DNA from: Macrostomum lignano
Lineage: Eukaryota
Length of the DNA stretch: 64,000 nt
Assembly: GCA_002269645.1 (NCBI GenBank)
Contig: NIVC01001363.1
Location: 124,001 to 188,000, forward strand
Direction of reading: 5' to 3'
This document shows, piece after piece, positions 1 to 11,200 of this stretch. Each line of letters opens with the position of its first letter. The stretch's first letter is position 1. A program made the translations under genes and the position numbers. Under the pieces are notes generated by a model that worked only from the letters and a program-made list of their open reading frames with translations, was not told the origin of the DNA and made no database searches.

Positions 1-2613
1 GCTCTAGATGCTGGCGATAAGGTACTTAAATGCTATAGCTGTTCTAGTTATTTCATGAGCAGTTATGGGTTGGGCTATGCTTTTATTTAGAATGTAACAA
101 ACATATATTAGAATGAATAATTAAATAATTAATGTTTAAATGGGATAATTATATATACTATTTAGGCTAAAATTATAATTACGTCTATGTCCTAAATGTC
201 CTAAAAATTTTTTCATAACAAACATTCTTTTAGCTATAGAATTGTGCTTTTATTACATTTATAAAAGCTAATCTATTATTGTTTATTAAATATTACACTA
301 TTATTAATTTCCAATAAGCTGTACTAAAACGTAAAAAGTTGCTAATTTATGGCTACTTTATTATTAATTCACTTATCCTGTATAAAAAGTTAAACCTATC
401 CGTCCTATAAGCAACAGTATTATAAAACATCGAACTTTAAACGCATAAATTGTATATCACATTAATTATCGAAAAAATAATGAAACGCAATGAAAGAATA
501 TGAATTGCCATGTTTGTTACAGAAAATTTACGTTAAAGATTTACGTATGAATCGCAGTAAAATAATTTGGAAGTCTGCAATTGACAAATAATAGATCGAC
601 ATTCAGCATGGCTATATTTTTAAAAAGGTGTATCTCGCGATGCGTTGAAACAAAAAAAACGTTGTGTCAGTTTTACTGAATTTATTGATCCTTTCAATAC
701 ACTGAAAATCACGTTGAAAAAATATTTTTCAAATATCACTAATAATTATTTCTGCAAAAAAGAAGATAAAAATTTCATATCGAAATTTCGACGTCAAATG
801 AAGGTTCAAACGACTACTCATTTGTCGCAAGTTTTTGAAAGGCGAATATCGACGTCATTTCGACGTGATTTTTACCGCCGGGCACCAGCCCGTGCGTCGT
901 GGCTCACCAAACCGGGACTTTCGAAATCGGGCTTCCGACTAGAAGGGGCTTTGCACTTACCTGCCAACTAGTGTCTTTTTGCTGTCAATCTCGAAGTCAT
1001 AGCCGATGATAAGGGACACTGCTGGGACTCGATCGCATTGGCCATGCAGGTATAGAGGGGACTTGCGCAGGGGATTCTTGCAGTGGCGAGACTATGGGGT
1101 AGCTACATGTACTATTACATTGCTAAATACGAGGAATTGTACTTTTGGCCTTCAACGCGCCAACTAGCCTCTCGTAGCGCTGATGATTGGCTAACTCGAA
1201 CATCGGAGACCGCATGATTCATCACCCGAGCCGCTTGGCTAACGTAGAGTGCACAGAGTACATCTCTAGCGCCGATTTTTGCACTATTGGCAATTTTGCT
1301 CACTGATTTGATAGATTGATCGACTGAGAACCGCCTTGCCATTGGTCCACTGTGACCGGCGCCTACTAGCTTAGCTACTCATCTGAGCCATCGGCGAACA
1401 AAGAAATAAAAGGTCAGCCTTTTAAAAAACCGATAAAAATAACTGTCAGATTTAACCTTCTCCTCAGATCACTTCACACTTCAGATTGAATTGGAGTTTC
1501 AGACTACTAACAGTATTATTGAATGATTTCTGCCTCAATAACAGCACTGTTGAACAAAATGAGCAAAAGTGTGCGCCTAATCCAGCTACTGAAATAGGGG
1601 ACAGATAAGGGATCACCCCTAGGTAGCCTCTCACCCAACCAATCAGAAACTCAACAGCCGGAGACCAAATAATCCACAGTGACCGAATCGGCTTAGTGCT
1701 TCGCAGCTGTAGACTCGGGATGATGCTGATGTCACAATCTTCGCAGATAGCTAGCAGGTGATGATCTTTACTTTGATGTTCGCTGCTGACGACCGGGGGA
1801 ATTCGTCCTTGATGATGACGGGGGGAGTCGCGATCCGGGGATCAAGAGACGACGGTCGAGCTCCGGGAACCAGAAGTGGAACCGGGTGGAGCGCAAGGGT
1901 CCAGAGATTGTCCCGAGAGGGCAACGGTTGGAGTCCAAGCGGGCCAAAAACACCGGTTTAAATAGCCGCCAACTGGACCGCAATTTGTTATAATGGAACG
2001 CCTTGATTCTGATTGGCTGAGCCGATTTGTTATAACGCACGTCGAATTTTCTGATTGGCTGAGCTTGTTGCCACCCAAACTCACGTGACCAAGAGTAGAG
2101 ATCCTATCAGTTCCCTCGGGGCCATAAAAATACGACAGGTGCGGTCATAACTCACTCAAAATCGCTACATAATGATTTATGACCTTTCGCGTAGGAATGA
2201 CAAAAATTAATGAAAAATATATACATTAGAAAGCTCTTATTAAGTAGAAAGTGAAGATAATGAAGCGAAATCGCTAATCGCTAATCCCAACGTACTTTTA
2301 GGGGTAAAACACAGCTGTCAAAGCTGTCACACGCTTGAGTGAACACGAACAATAGGCCCTGACCTCATAAATCTTGATGGCCTGTCAAAATCATGAGAAA
2401 AAAGCTACCACCCGCATCCTCTCAGACCATCTGGCTCCAGTGTCAGCACTGAGTGAGGCGCAAGTGGCTGTCAGACCAGCTCCAAAAGCGATGATTTATG
2501 ACCCCAAAGCCGCGCCTATGTTATTATAGCTATACTAGTATGGCCAAATCATATAATTAGTATGAATTCTATGAAGATTTACATAGAAGGAGAAAAATGC
2601 CCATAGCCTGCTG

Positions 2614-3770
2614 TTAGTAGGCTAGCAAGTTTAGAGCCCATGTGCTAGCGTGGAATTTAGGAAAAAGTGCGTCCTCATCAATAGCTTTAATCCTATTGTC
2701 GTGACGGTTGTCCGCCAATAGAGTTTCCGGCTTTAGGCTCACACATGAAACCCTACCTCCGGACGAAGGAGCAACATAGGAGCCGGAGTCGCATGTGAGA
2801 GCATCACGACCTGAAATATGATAATAAACAGCAAATATAAATGTGCAGTTCAACTTAACTTTTATAAATGGCGCACCTTTAGTGCAAAACTTAAAAATTC
2901 AAACTATGATAATCATTTCTTTATATTTGCTAGGAAGTGACATTGTTAATTAAGTTTGAAAAAATCTGGAAAATGTACTTTTCGTAGAAAGTGATAACCT
3001 TCCATACCTATTAGTTCGATTAGCAGCTCCTTAGTAACCAGCTTGGTGGCTGCCGTAGCATCGAGCGCAGCAGCATTAGCCTGAATAGCGATGTCGAGTC
3101 GCTGTTTGTTTATTGTTACGGCCGGGAGCTCCTCAACCAGATTACATGTACACGCCGCCTCATCGCCGTCCTGTCCAGTCGCGATGTCATTTTGCTCCTC
3201 CATCAACCTGTCATGTCCTGTGGTGCAGCCTCAGGCGTGTTTTCTTGTGTAGCCTGTCCAACCGTCCTACCACCGTGACTCTGGGCGCTGCACAATTCGA
3301 TCAAATTATCGAGCTTTTTGTTCATCTGCTCCAGTCGCACGTTGCCGATTGTCGGTGCCCCTAAAAAGTAAGGGAAATTCATAAAGCAAAACATAACACA
3401 AATACTGTATAGCTAATACCACATTTTCTAATCTATAGTTTTGCAAGCTAGCCGCCTACTGTAACAAATAAGTGCCAGGCGCTGTCCAGCATATCATTCT
3501 CACCGTCTCTATTCCCATGATTGGGATCGGCAGTTCCTGATCAGCGCAAAGGTAGGCAAAGCAGGGCCCATCAGAGTCCCAGGTTGTAAACTGCTCAAGG
3601 CGTCCAGCTACGGTTACATGTACTTTCCTCCCGTAGCATAGACGTAGAGGAGCCTCTTCTTTGCTCGCTGCAGTAATGACGCACAAGTCCTGTTCATTGA
3701 CGGCTTGCATCGCATTCTGAGCAAAGCAGACTACAAACCATTTGTTTAATTGATGCTCCATGTGCAACCT
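2614..3770 (-). other. Unidentified fragmented coding-like segments, possibly a remnant of a transposon accessory gene
   Basis: Minus-strand ORFs 3456-3767, 3203-3394, 2946-3206 and 2614-2853 have protein-like composition and nearby AG/GT signals. I could not join them into one frame. Confidence 0.3.
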
Positions 3771-4365
3771 GAAATAACTGCAAGGACAGTGAAAGTAAAA
3801 TTAGTCATATTTTTCGATGGTAATGCAGTTTTTGTGAAGCATATTTTTTATTAACTTTTGTGTTTCTTCTACCAACTTTGGCAGTTTTACAACTTTACAA
3901 TTAGTATTTTTTTACACTTTCTACTTATTCCAGACAAATATACCTATATTATTCAAGAAAATTATGCTCGCTTTTGTCGGTTTCTACATGCCCAACAGCT
4001 TATACATTGCTTTTTATCCGACGTGATAGAGCTAGAAGTCACTAATCACAATTAGAAATTTTTTTATGAAAAAAACAATGACAAAATACTACTGATGAGA
4101 ACAATCAAATGATAGGAGCTCAAAGTGCAAATGCAAGTGCATGCAAACAGGTTATTTGTGTGATTTAATGATTTAAAGTTATTTATATAAAGTTGTACAG
4201 TTGTATTGATTTATAATGATTCAATACTGAATTCTAAATGCCTTAAAAGGAATTTTCATTGATAAAAGCAGGATTTTGAGTGACTATAAAACTGTGATAC
4301 ATTTTAGTTTTTTATTTCAAATATGTGCAAAATATCACTTTAAAATGAAGCTACATAAAAGCTGA

Positions 4366-4996
4366 TGTCACGTTATTGGCGTAGCGGCTGCAGCAATGGG
4401 TTGAATATAATTTGGATATGAAGTCAAGTGGCAGGCGAATGACACAATGGCGACGTGACGTGAGCAGTGGCTATGAGCACCGTGAAGGCAGTGAAACGTA
4501 GTGGTGAGTAGGCGTCGGTCGTGGCGTGAAACAGTCAAGTAAGTGTGTGAGCAGGCTGGCCCAGACAGAAGGGCCGCGGTGAGAAATAAGGAGGCTCGAG
4601 GCAGCCAGACAAACAGATAAGACAGCTAAGAGGCCGCAGGGAAGGAAACAAGGAACAGGCGGGGAGAGACGAAAAAGCGTGAGGGGTGCCCGCCGCCAGG
4701 CGGGGGGTTTAATAAAAGAGCGCAGAGGGGGTAGCGCGAGCACGAGTGATTTCATTGGCTGGCGAGAGAACTTAAAATTATCGATCGTGCCAATTTTATA
4801 CGGTTGCGAGAGAGGATAGCAAAATATACAATGAATTATAAATTGCCACAAAATCGTTGGGCACTACTAAAAGTAAACGTCGCAATAAACGAATGGAAAA
4901 GTTTAGTTGAAACGGTGAAACTGAAGGGTTGAATGACTATGGAGAACAGCAGTCCAACGGCCCTTTTCGGGACCACCTTAAACTGACAACGTCACA
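4366..4996 (-). repeat. 3' LTR
   Basis: TGTCACG...GTCACA; matches 12803-13433 by eye except two G-run length differences. Confidence 0.96.
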
Positions 4997-5010
4997 CCCG
5001 CCTCCCTTCC
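4997..5010 (-). promoter_or_regulatory. Polypurine tract
   Basis: GGAAGGGAGGCGGG on the minus strand immediately before the 3' LTR. Confidence 0.85.
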
Positions 5011-6138
5011 GAAAAAGGATAGGGTCGCGCAAAAAGAAAACCAACACGCGGGGTGACGGCAAGAAAAACACAACGTGACCGCAGTTTATGAAATTATAGC
5101 AGAGTGAATTACAGTGGGGTTGAGTCAGTTTGTATGAGCATATGATTACCGGACAAAATTACAAAGTTCCAAAGGCTACAGACGATTACGAGAGCAGAAC
5201 ATTACAGGGCAGTAGAACACGGTGAGCACGAGCAATACAACATGGTGGTGTTACAAAAACATTACAAAATACAACAATGGTTACGGAAAGTAGTGCACGA
5301 CGGAGCGCGCGGCGCGTGCGAACACAAAAACGACAAAGGACGCGCAGAAGTGATACGATGGATGAGGCAAACACAGAACAAGGATGACAAGGTGGATGAG
5401 GCAAAGGATGCAGAGCAGAGGCACGGAACAGAGGCACAGTCCGGACAACTGCGGGCAAACGACGCCAAGCGTCAAGGGCGGCGGGACACGGCGCGGCGCG
5501 CCAAGGCGGAAGGGAGAACCGGCGCAAGAGCGCCCAAGGCGGAGACACGGCGCAGCGCGCCAAGGCAGAGACGGCGCAATGCGCCAGGCGGAGAACGGCG
5601 CAGCGCGCCAAGGCAAAGACGGCGCAGCGCGCCAGGCAGGGACGGCGCCACGCGCCAAGGCAGGAAACGGCGCAAGGGCGCCACGCGGGAACGGCGCCAC
5701 GCGCCAAACAGAGGACGGCGCCACGCGCCAGGCAGAGGGTGGCGCCACGCGCCAGAGGCAGAGGATGGCGCTACGCGCCAAAGGCAGAGAGAGCGTGCGT
5801 GCGGTGTGTGTGTGTGTAGTGCTTACTTTTACCCCACAAGAATTATATATATCTAGCTACATTATGAAATTTGCGAAATTTAATGACGAGCTACAGCTCA
5901 TTTCCGACAACAGCGAAAGCGATGCTGCACTCGTCAATGGGCTGAGCAGCGAACTAAGCTAGCTATATAAATTATCAAATTGCAATGTCGCCGCAGTTTA
6001 TCCCCTTGACTACGGTGGTTGGCTGTTGGCTGGTACAGCTGTGGAAGTTGTGCACACTAGTATCTGGCAGTGAGTAACAGCTGTGGCTTGTGTTTTGTGG
6101 CTTGCGGCTGGCAGATGCCGCAGGGACCTGTGACCAAC

Positions 6139-6342
6139 AGGTGCCACAGGAGGTAGTTTAACGCCTTGCCCGGGGCGTGAGCTTGCGGTCTACAGGTGCC
6201 GCAGAGACCTGTGGCTGACAGGTGCCACAGGAGGTAGTTTTACGCCTTGCCCGGGGCGTGAGCTTGCGGTCTACAGGTGCCGCAGAGACCTGTGGCTGAC
6301 AGGTGCCACAGGAGGTAGTTTTACGCCTTGCCCGGGGCGTGA
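6139..6342. repeat. 81-bp tandem repeat (~2.5 copies) in the Gypsy 3' region
   Basis: AGGTGCCACAGGAGG recurs at 6139, 6220 and 6301. Confidence 0.9.
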
Positions 6343-6353
6343 AAAACTGGCGG

Positions 6354-8213
6354 TTAGTGTCTGCTTCCCCACTGCTGGAGCAGGTCGGACACTTGACAGG
6401 TCCGGTACCTGACAGGCGGGCGGATGGGGCGTCCGTACCTGGATCTGGGTACGTCAGCCGGGGCTGGTGGCTCAGCTGCTTGCGCAGCGACTGGATTCGC
6501 AGCAATCTCAGGTGGTTCTAATTGCTCGGAGGAAGGGTCCCCCAAGGAAGCCGTGTACAGCGACTCTGAGCTGTCTTGGCTGTGGCTGGTGTCAGTGTCT
6601 GTGCTGTCAGTGTCAGTGTCTGGTTGTGGCTGTCCCTCAATAGCTACAGCATCGCCAGCTTCGGCGAATGGTTGGCCTTCTCCCGCTTCAGCTCCCGCCC
6701 CCTCCTCAAAGGCGCCTGAAGCTGGCGGTGGTGGATTTGGCCCTGGCGCTCTGCGTGGGCTCTCTGGCCGGGCAGAGGAAGGCTGGGGAATGGTGACGAG
6801 GCTAAGCTCGCTCGCGGGTCCGCTGGGCGGGTTCACACTAGGCGCTGGAGACCTGGCATGGGTGGCCTCACCATACCGGTCAACTACGTCTTGGTAAGTG
6901 GGCTGTCTGATGCACGGTTTGAGGCGGTCAATGTTGTAAATGTTATGGCGCGGATTTGGCACCCGATCTGCTGGGTTTAGGAGACCATACTCGGGGACTA
7001 AACGGTAAGTCCGCTCGGAGCAGCGCTGCACTACTCGGTATGGCCCCAACCACACAGCGGGTTCTATGCCCTTGTGGTTCGGGTTCAAGACCCAGACTAA
7101 CTCTCCCTCGTGGAACTCAGCGCGGAGGGCGCGGCGGTCGTAATACCTTTTCTGCCTCTCCTGGGCTTTACCCCTAGTGCGGCGGGCTAGGGCAGAGGTT
7201 TCGACTAGCGTGCGGTGCAACTGGTGGGCGTACCTCTCCGGCTGGTAGTGTTCATTTGGCGGTGGATTGTGACAGAGGTCGAGCGGTAGTTCGAACTCAC
7301 GCCCGAAGAAAAGTTTGGCTGGAGTAAATCCGGTGGATTCGGCGACTGTGGCACGGATTGACAGGGCGGCCAGGCGGCTGGCAAGGGGCCAGTCGCATTG
7401 TCTCTCAAGACAGATGGCTCTAATCTGGGCTTTCACCGTCTGGATCATCCTCTCAGCTTTACCGTTAGCCTGAGGGCGACGGGCTGTGATCCGACCCATG
7501 TCAATCTGTAGGAGCCTAGTTAATTCTATCATGGTACTATTGATGAAGGCAGTTCCGTTATCAGACACCAGCTGCTCCATCACCCCATACCTGGCAACCC
7601 ATTCAGTCAGGATGGTTGTGGCAGTGGTCTCTGCGCTGACGTCGGGAACAGGGACTACTTCAACAAACCCGGTGAACCTGTCGATCATAACCAGCAGGTA
7701 CTTGTACCCGTCACACTCTTCGAACGGGCCTGCGTGGTCCACGTGGACAACCTGGTTCGGGTAGCCGGACAGTTCTGGTTGCATAGGGGCCTTGAGCTTA
7801 CGCTTTGACTTCTTAGTCTTAGCGCAAACGGTGCATTCGGCCAGGACCCCCTTGACTATAGTATCTAAGTCGGAAATAACGAAGCGCGCCTTCAGGGCGG
7901 CCATCGTCTTGGTGATACCGCAATGGTTCAACTGGCCATGATACTGAAGGACCAGATGACCGACGTCTGCGGTCTCAGGCACCACCAGGCGCCTGTTGGC
8001 AGTCTTGGCTTTGGAGGATTTGGCTAAGTACAATAGACCCTCGACTACTTCAAGGTCATTGAATTGAGCCCAGAGTGCGCGCATTTCCCGGCTACAACCC
8101 TGCAGTTCGGCCTTGGACAATGGCTCAGTCTTACACTGGACACTGGCGATTAGGCGCGCCATGTCAACACAGGAGTCCTGGGCATTCTGGGCCCAGATGA
8201 GCTCAGGTGGCAC
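6354..8213 (-). CDS. Gypsy integrase portion of pol, frameshifted from the upstream ORF
   Basis: HHCC motif (HGQLNHCG...CTVC), DDE core (HVDH...VSDNG...AERM), GPY motif (WLGPYRV), low-complexity acidic tail. Confidence 0.93.
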   Translation of the reverse strand: MPPELIWAQNAQDSCVDMARLIASVQCKTEPLSKAELQGCSREMRALWAQFNDLEVVEGLLYLAKSSKAKTANRRLVVPETADVGHLVLQYHGQLNHCGITKTMAALKARFVISDLDTIVKGVLAECTVCAKTKKSKRKLKAPMQPELSGYPNQVVHVDHAGPFEECDGYKYLLVMIDRFTGFVEVVPVPDVSAETTATTILTEWVARYGVMEQLVSDNGTAFINSTMIELTRLLQIDMGRITARRPQANGKAERMIQTVKAQIRAICLERQCDWPLASRLAALSIRATVAESTGFTPAKLFFGREFELPLDLCHNPPPNEHYQPERYAHQLHRTLVETSALARRTRGKAQERQKRYYDRRALRAEFHEGELVWVLNPNHKGIEPAVWLGPYRVVQRCSERTYRLVPEYGLLNPADRVPNPRHNIYNIDRLKPCIRQPTYQDVVDRYGEATHARSPAPSVNPPSGPASELSLVTIPQPSSARPESPRRAPGPNPPPPASGAFEEGAGAEAGEGQPFAEAGDAVAIEGQPQPDTDTDSTDTDTSHSQDSSESLYTASLGDPSSEQLEPPEIAANPVAAQAAEPPAPADVPRSRYGRPIRPPVRYRTCQVSDLLQQWGSRH

Positions 8214-11200
8214 TTGGGATTCGGTTCAGGTTGACGGGATTCAGTCTCTGGGCTAGGAACAGCACCGCTAGCAGTAGCGCGGACATTCGGCGTTGGTTCA
8301 GCCGGGGCATCTGTGTCAGTCTGACACGCTACGCTAATGCCTATGGTCTGGACGCACACCTGACGCAGTTCTCTAGAGGGGGGCGTACGCCGGTGCTTTG
8401 GGTCTTGGTCCAGGAATTTCCCTTTAAATTCCGGAATCTGGCTGCACGTCGGGCAGTCAAAGTGATCGGCTCTGAATTTTGGCAGTCTACTAAGAGCGTC
8501 AGCAGGCACGTGGTCAACGCCTGGACGGTACTGGACTGTGAAATCGTATTCGGCTATTCGTTCTAGAGTGGACTGCTGGACCTTCAGCGGGTACAGTTCA
8601 ATGGTGGCAAGCCATTGGGCCAGCATACCAGTGGCATGCTTCTTAGAATGCAGCCATTTGAGCGCGGCCGCGTCCACCCGGACAGTGAAAGGCTTGTCTA
8701 ATAGATAAGGACGGAAATGCTCGAGCATCAGAACGAGCCCTAGCAACTCCCTCATGGTGGCGCAGTAGTTTCTCTGGCTACTGTTGAATTTTTTGGATGC
8801 GTAAGCTATAACTTGCTCTTGGCCATCTGGCCCGAGCTGGTACAGCACACCCCCAGTGCCGTCAAGCGAGCTATCGCAGTCCAAAATAAATTCGCGCCCT
8901 TTGGCAGAGAGGTCTGGATACGCCAGAATCGGTGGTGAACAGAGGCTATGTTTGAGTTCTTGGAAAGCCCGTTCATGATGCGGTTGCCATAGAAACGGAG
9001 CATCCTTTTTGGCTAAGGCATACAAAGGCGTGGCGATGATTGAGAATCGCGGCACGAATTTCCGGTAATAATTCGCAAATCCCAAGAATGATAGAAGCTG
9101 TTTCTTAGAAAGCGGTTTAGGCCAGTCTTGGACAGCCTGAGTCTTCGCTGGGTCAGCCTCAATGCCCCGGCTAGACACAACGAACCCCAGGAATGCGACC
9201 TTGTCCTTAAACAGCTCACACTTAGACGGCTTAATTTTGAGACCGGCTTTTCTAAGCTGCCAGAGGACCAGCGCGAGATGCGCGATCATTTGGTCGTTGT
9301 TGACAGCCTTAATGATAATGTCGTCTAAATAGATGAGGCTGACCTTCATCAGGAGAGGTCTAAACACCTTGTGCATCAGTTTCGCGAAATTGGCAGGTGC
9401 CGTCTTGATCCCGAATGGTACTACCTTCCAGCGGAAGGTGCCTTGGGGGCAGGCAAAGGCGGTGTAATCTCTAGCCTCCTCTTTGATCCCTACCTGCCAG
9501 TACGCGGAGGTCAGGTCAAGGCTAGAGAATACAGTGGCCCCGGCAAGGCTGTCAAAAGATTCTTCTATGAGTGGCAGAGGGAAGCTACACGGCTTGATGA
9601 GCTTATTGACGGCCCTATAGTCTATGCAAAGGCGTTGAGTGCCGTCCTTCTTCTTGACCAGAACGATAGGCGACACCCAGTCAGAGTCGCACTCCTCAAT
9701 GACCCCCTGTTCGAGCATCTGCGCTATGTTCTGGTCTAAGAATTCTTTTTGTGCTGGCGTGGTGCGCCTGTATGGTTGCGCAACAGGCTTGGCCTTAGGA
9801 TCTATTAACTCTATGCCCATCTCGTGTAAATTGGTGTGGCCTAAATCTGCGTTTGATCTAGAAATTTGGCTATTGAAGTAGTTGAGCAGTTTCAAAACGG
9901 TGGCGAGTTGGCCCCTAGACAATTTGGCTTGGTCTAGTTGGAACTGCGTTGTCAGCCATTTGGCTAACTCCCTACTAGGCGGCGGCAGCTTACTGAGTTG
10001 GCTGGTGAGGTTAGCTACATTGTCCAGGCTAAAGTCAGACTCCTTCAGGGTCGTCTGAGCTATGACCTCATGACTATCTAATTCCTGGAATGAGGCAATT
10101 TCTTGCCCCCTAGTTATCTGAATAGGCTGTTCCCCACTGTTGAGCACGCGCACTAGTATGTGGTTAGTATCGCTAACTGAGTCTAGAGTCTTGGCTACCA
10201 ACTGTTCGGTCTCTGGTCCGAGGATCCGGGACATGACTATACCGGAGGTGTACGGCGAAGAGTCGAGGACACGACTGGGGATCAAGGTTTCCGAGTGCGG
10301 GGGCAATTCTACGGTGCCGGCGGCCATCACTCGTCGGAGTTGGAAAATCCCCTTGTCCCCCTCAATGACTGGTACCGACACCCCTGCTACTAAAGCTCGG
10401 CCAGAGTTGAAGTCTAGCAGCATCTCGAAGCTGCGCAGGAAATCCATGCCTAACAGGGCTTCCGTGGTACAGTAAGCAGTGACTAGGAATACATGTTGTT
10501 TAGTCGTATTACCTAAGTTGATTTCGCAGCGTAGCGACCCTAGGATGTCTACCTGAGAGCCGCCGAAGGCGGTGGCACGCTGCTTATTGGCACTAGGCGT
10601 GAATATGTTATTGACGGGGTCAGCTGCGACCAGTTTGGCTTTCACGTCAGCACCCATGATGCTGGCATTGGCGCCTGAGTCTAGACAGGCCAGAACTTTA
10701 GAGTCTCCTACTCCTAGCTGCACGAAATAGCTAGACTCAAAGGTGTCAGCTGTGTACCCCCCTTGTCGGCATTGTGGATCACTGTCCCCTGGCTGAGGTT
10801 GCACATTACAGGCCTTGTCGTGCTGGCGCCCGGGGTCGACCTGGCGCTGGAATTTCACCCTAGTCCCCCTAAGGCGGTGCTGCTCGACTAGGCTACGCAG
10901 GCTGGGAGACAGTTGGCTAATGTGAACGAACAATTTCTCTGGCAGGTGCTCAGATTGGATGAACCCGTAATTCTGAGACCATGTGGCAATGGTTCCTAGT
11001 TCAGTCGTGACTTTTCCACGGCTGGGCTGCTGATTTTGGCTCCCCCGGGGCTGCTTTGGCGACTGTGGCCTCGGCGAGGGCGATGGACAGTCAGCGATCA
11101 GGTGATCGGTCTGGCCGCATCGATGGCAAGCCCGCGGAGGGCGAGGAGCTGGCCTAGGTTGTCTATAGGTTTGGCTAACTTGTGGTGGGCCCCCAGTGGG

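Noticed and set aside
5186-5962. Overlapping ORFs in the Gypsy 3' region as a possible env or extra gene
   Set aside because: Low-complexity Arg/Ala translations of a GC-rich repeat, open on both strands, with no signal peptide, furin site or TM architecture.
8150-8213. Programmed -1 frameshift between RH and IN
   Set aside because: No X XXY YYZ slippery site and an atypical position; a single C restores one ORF.
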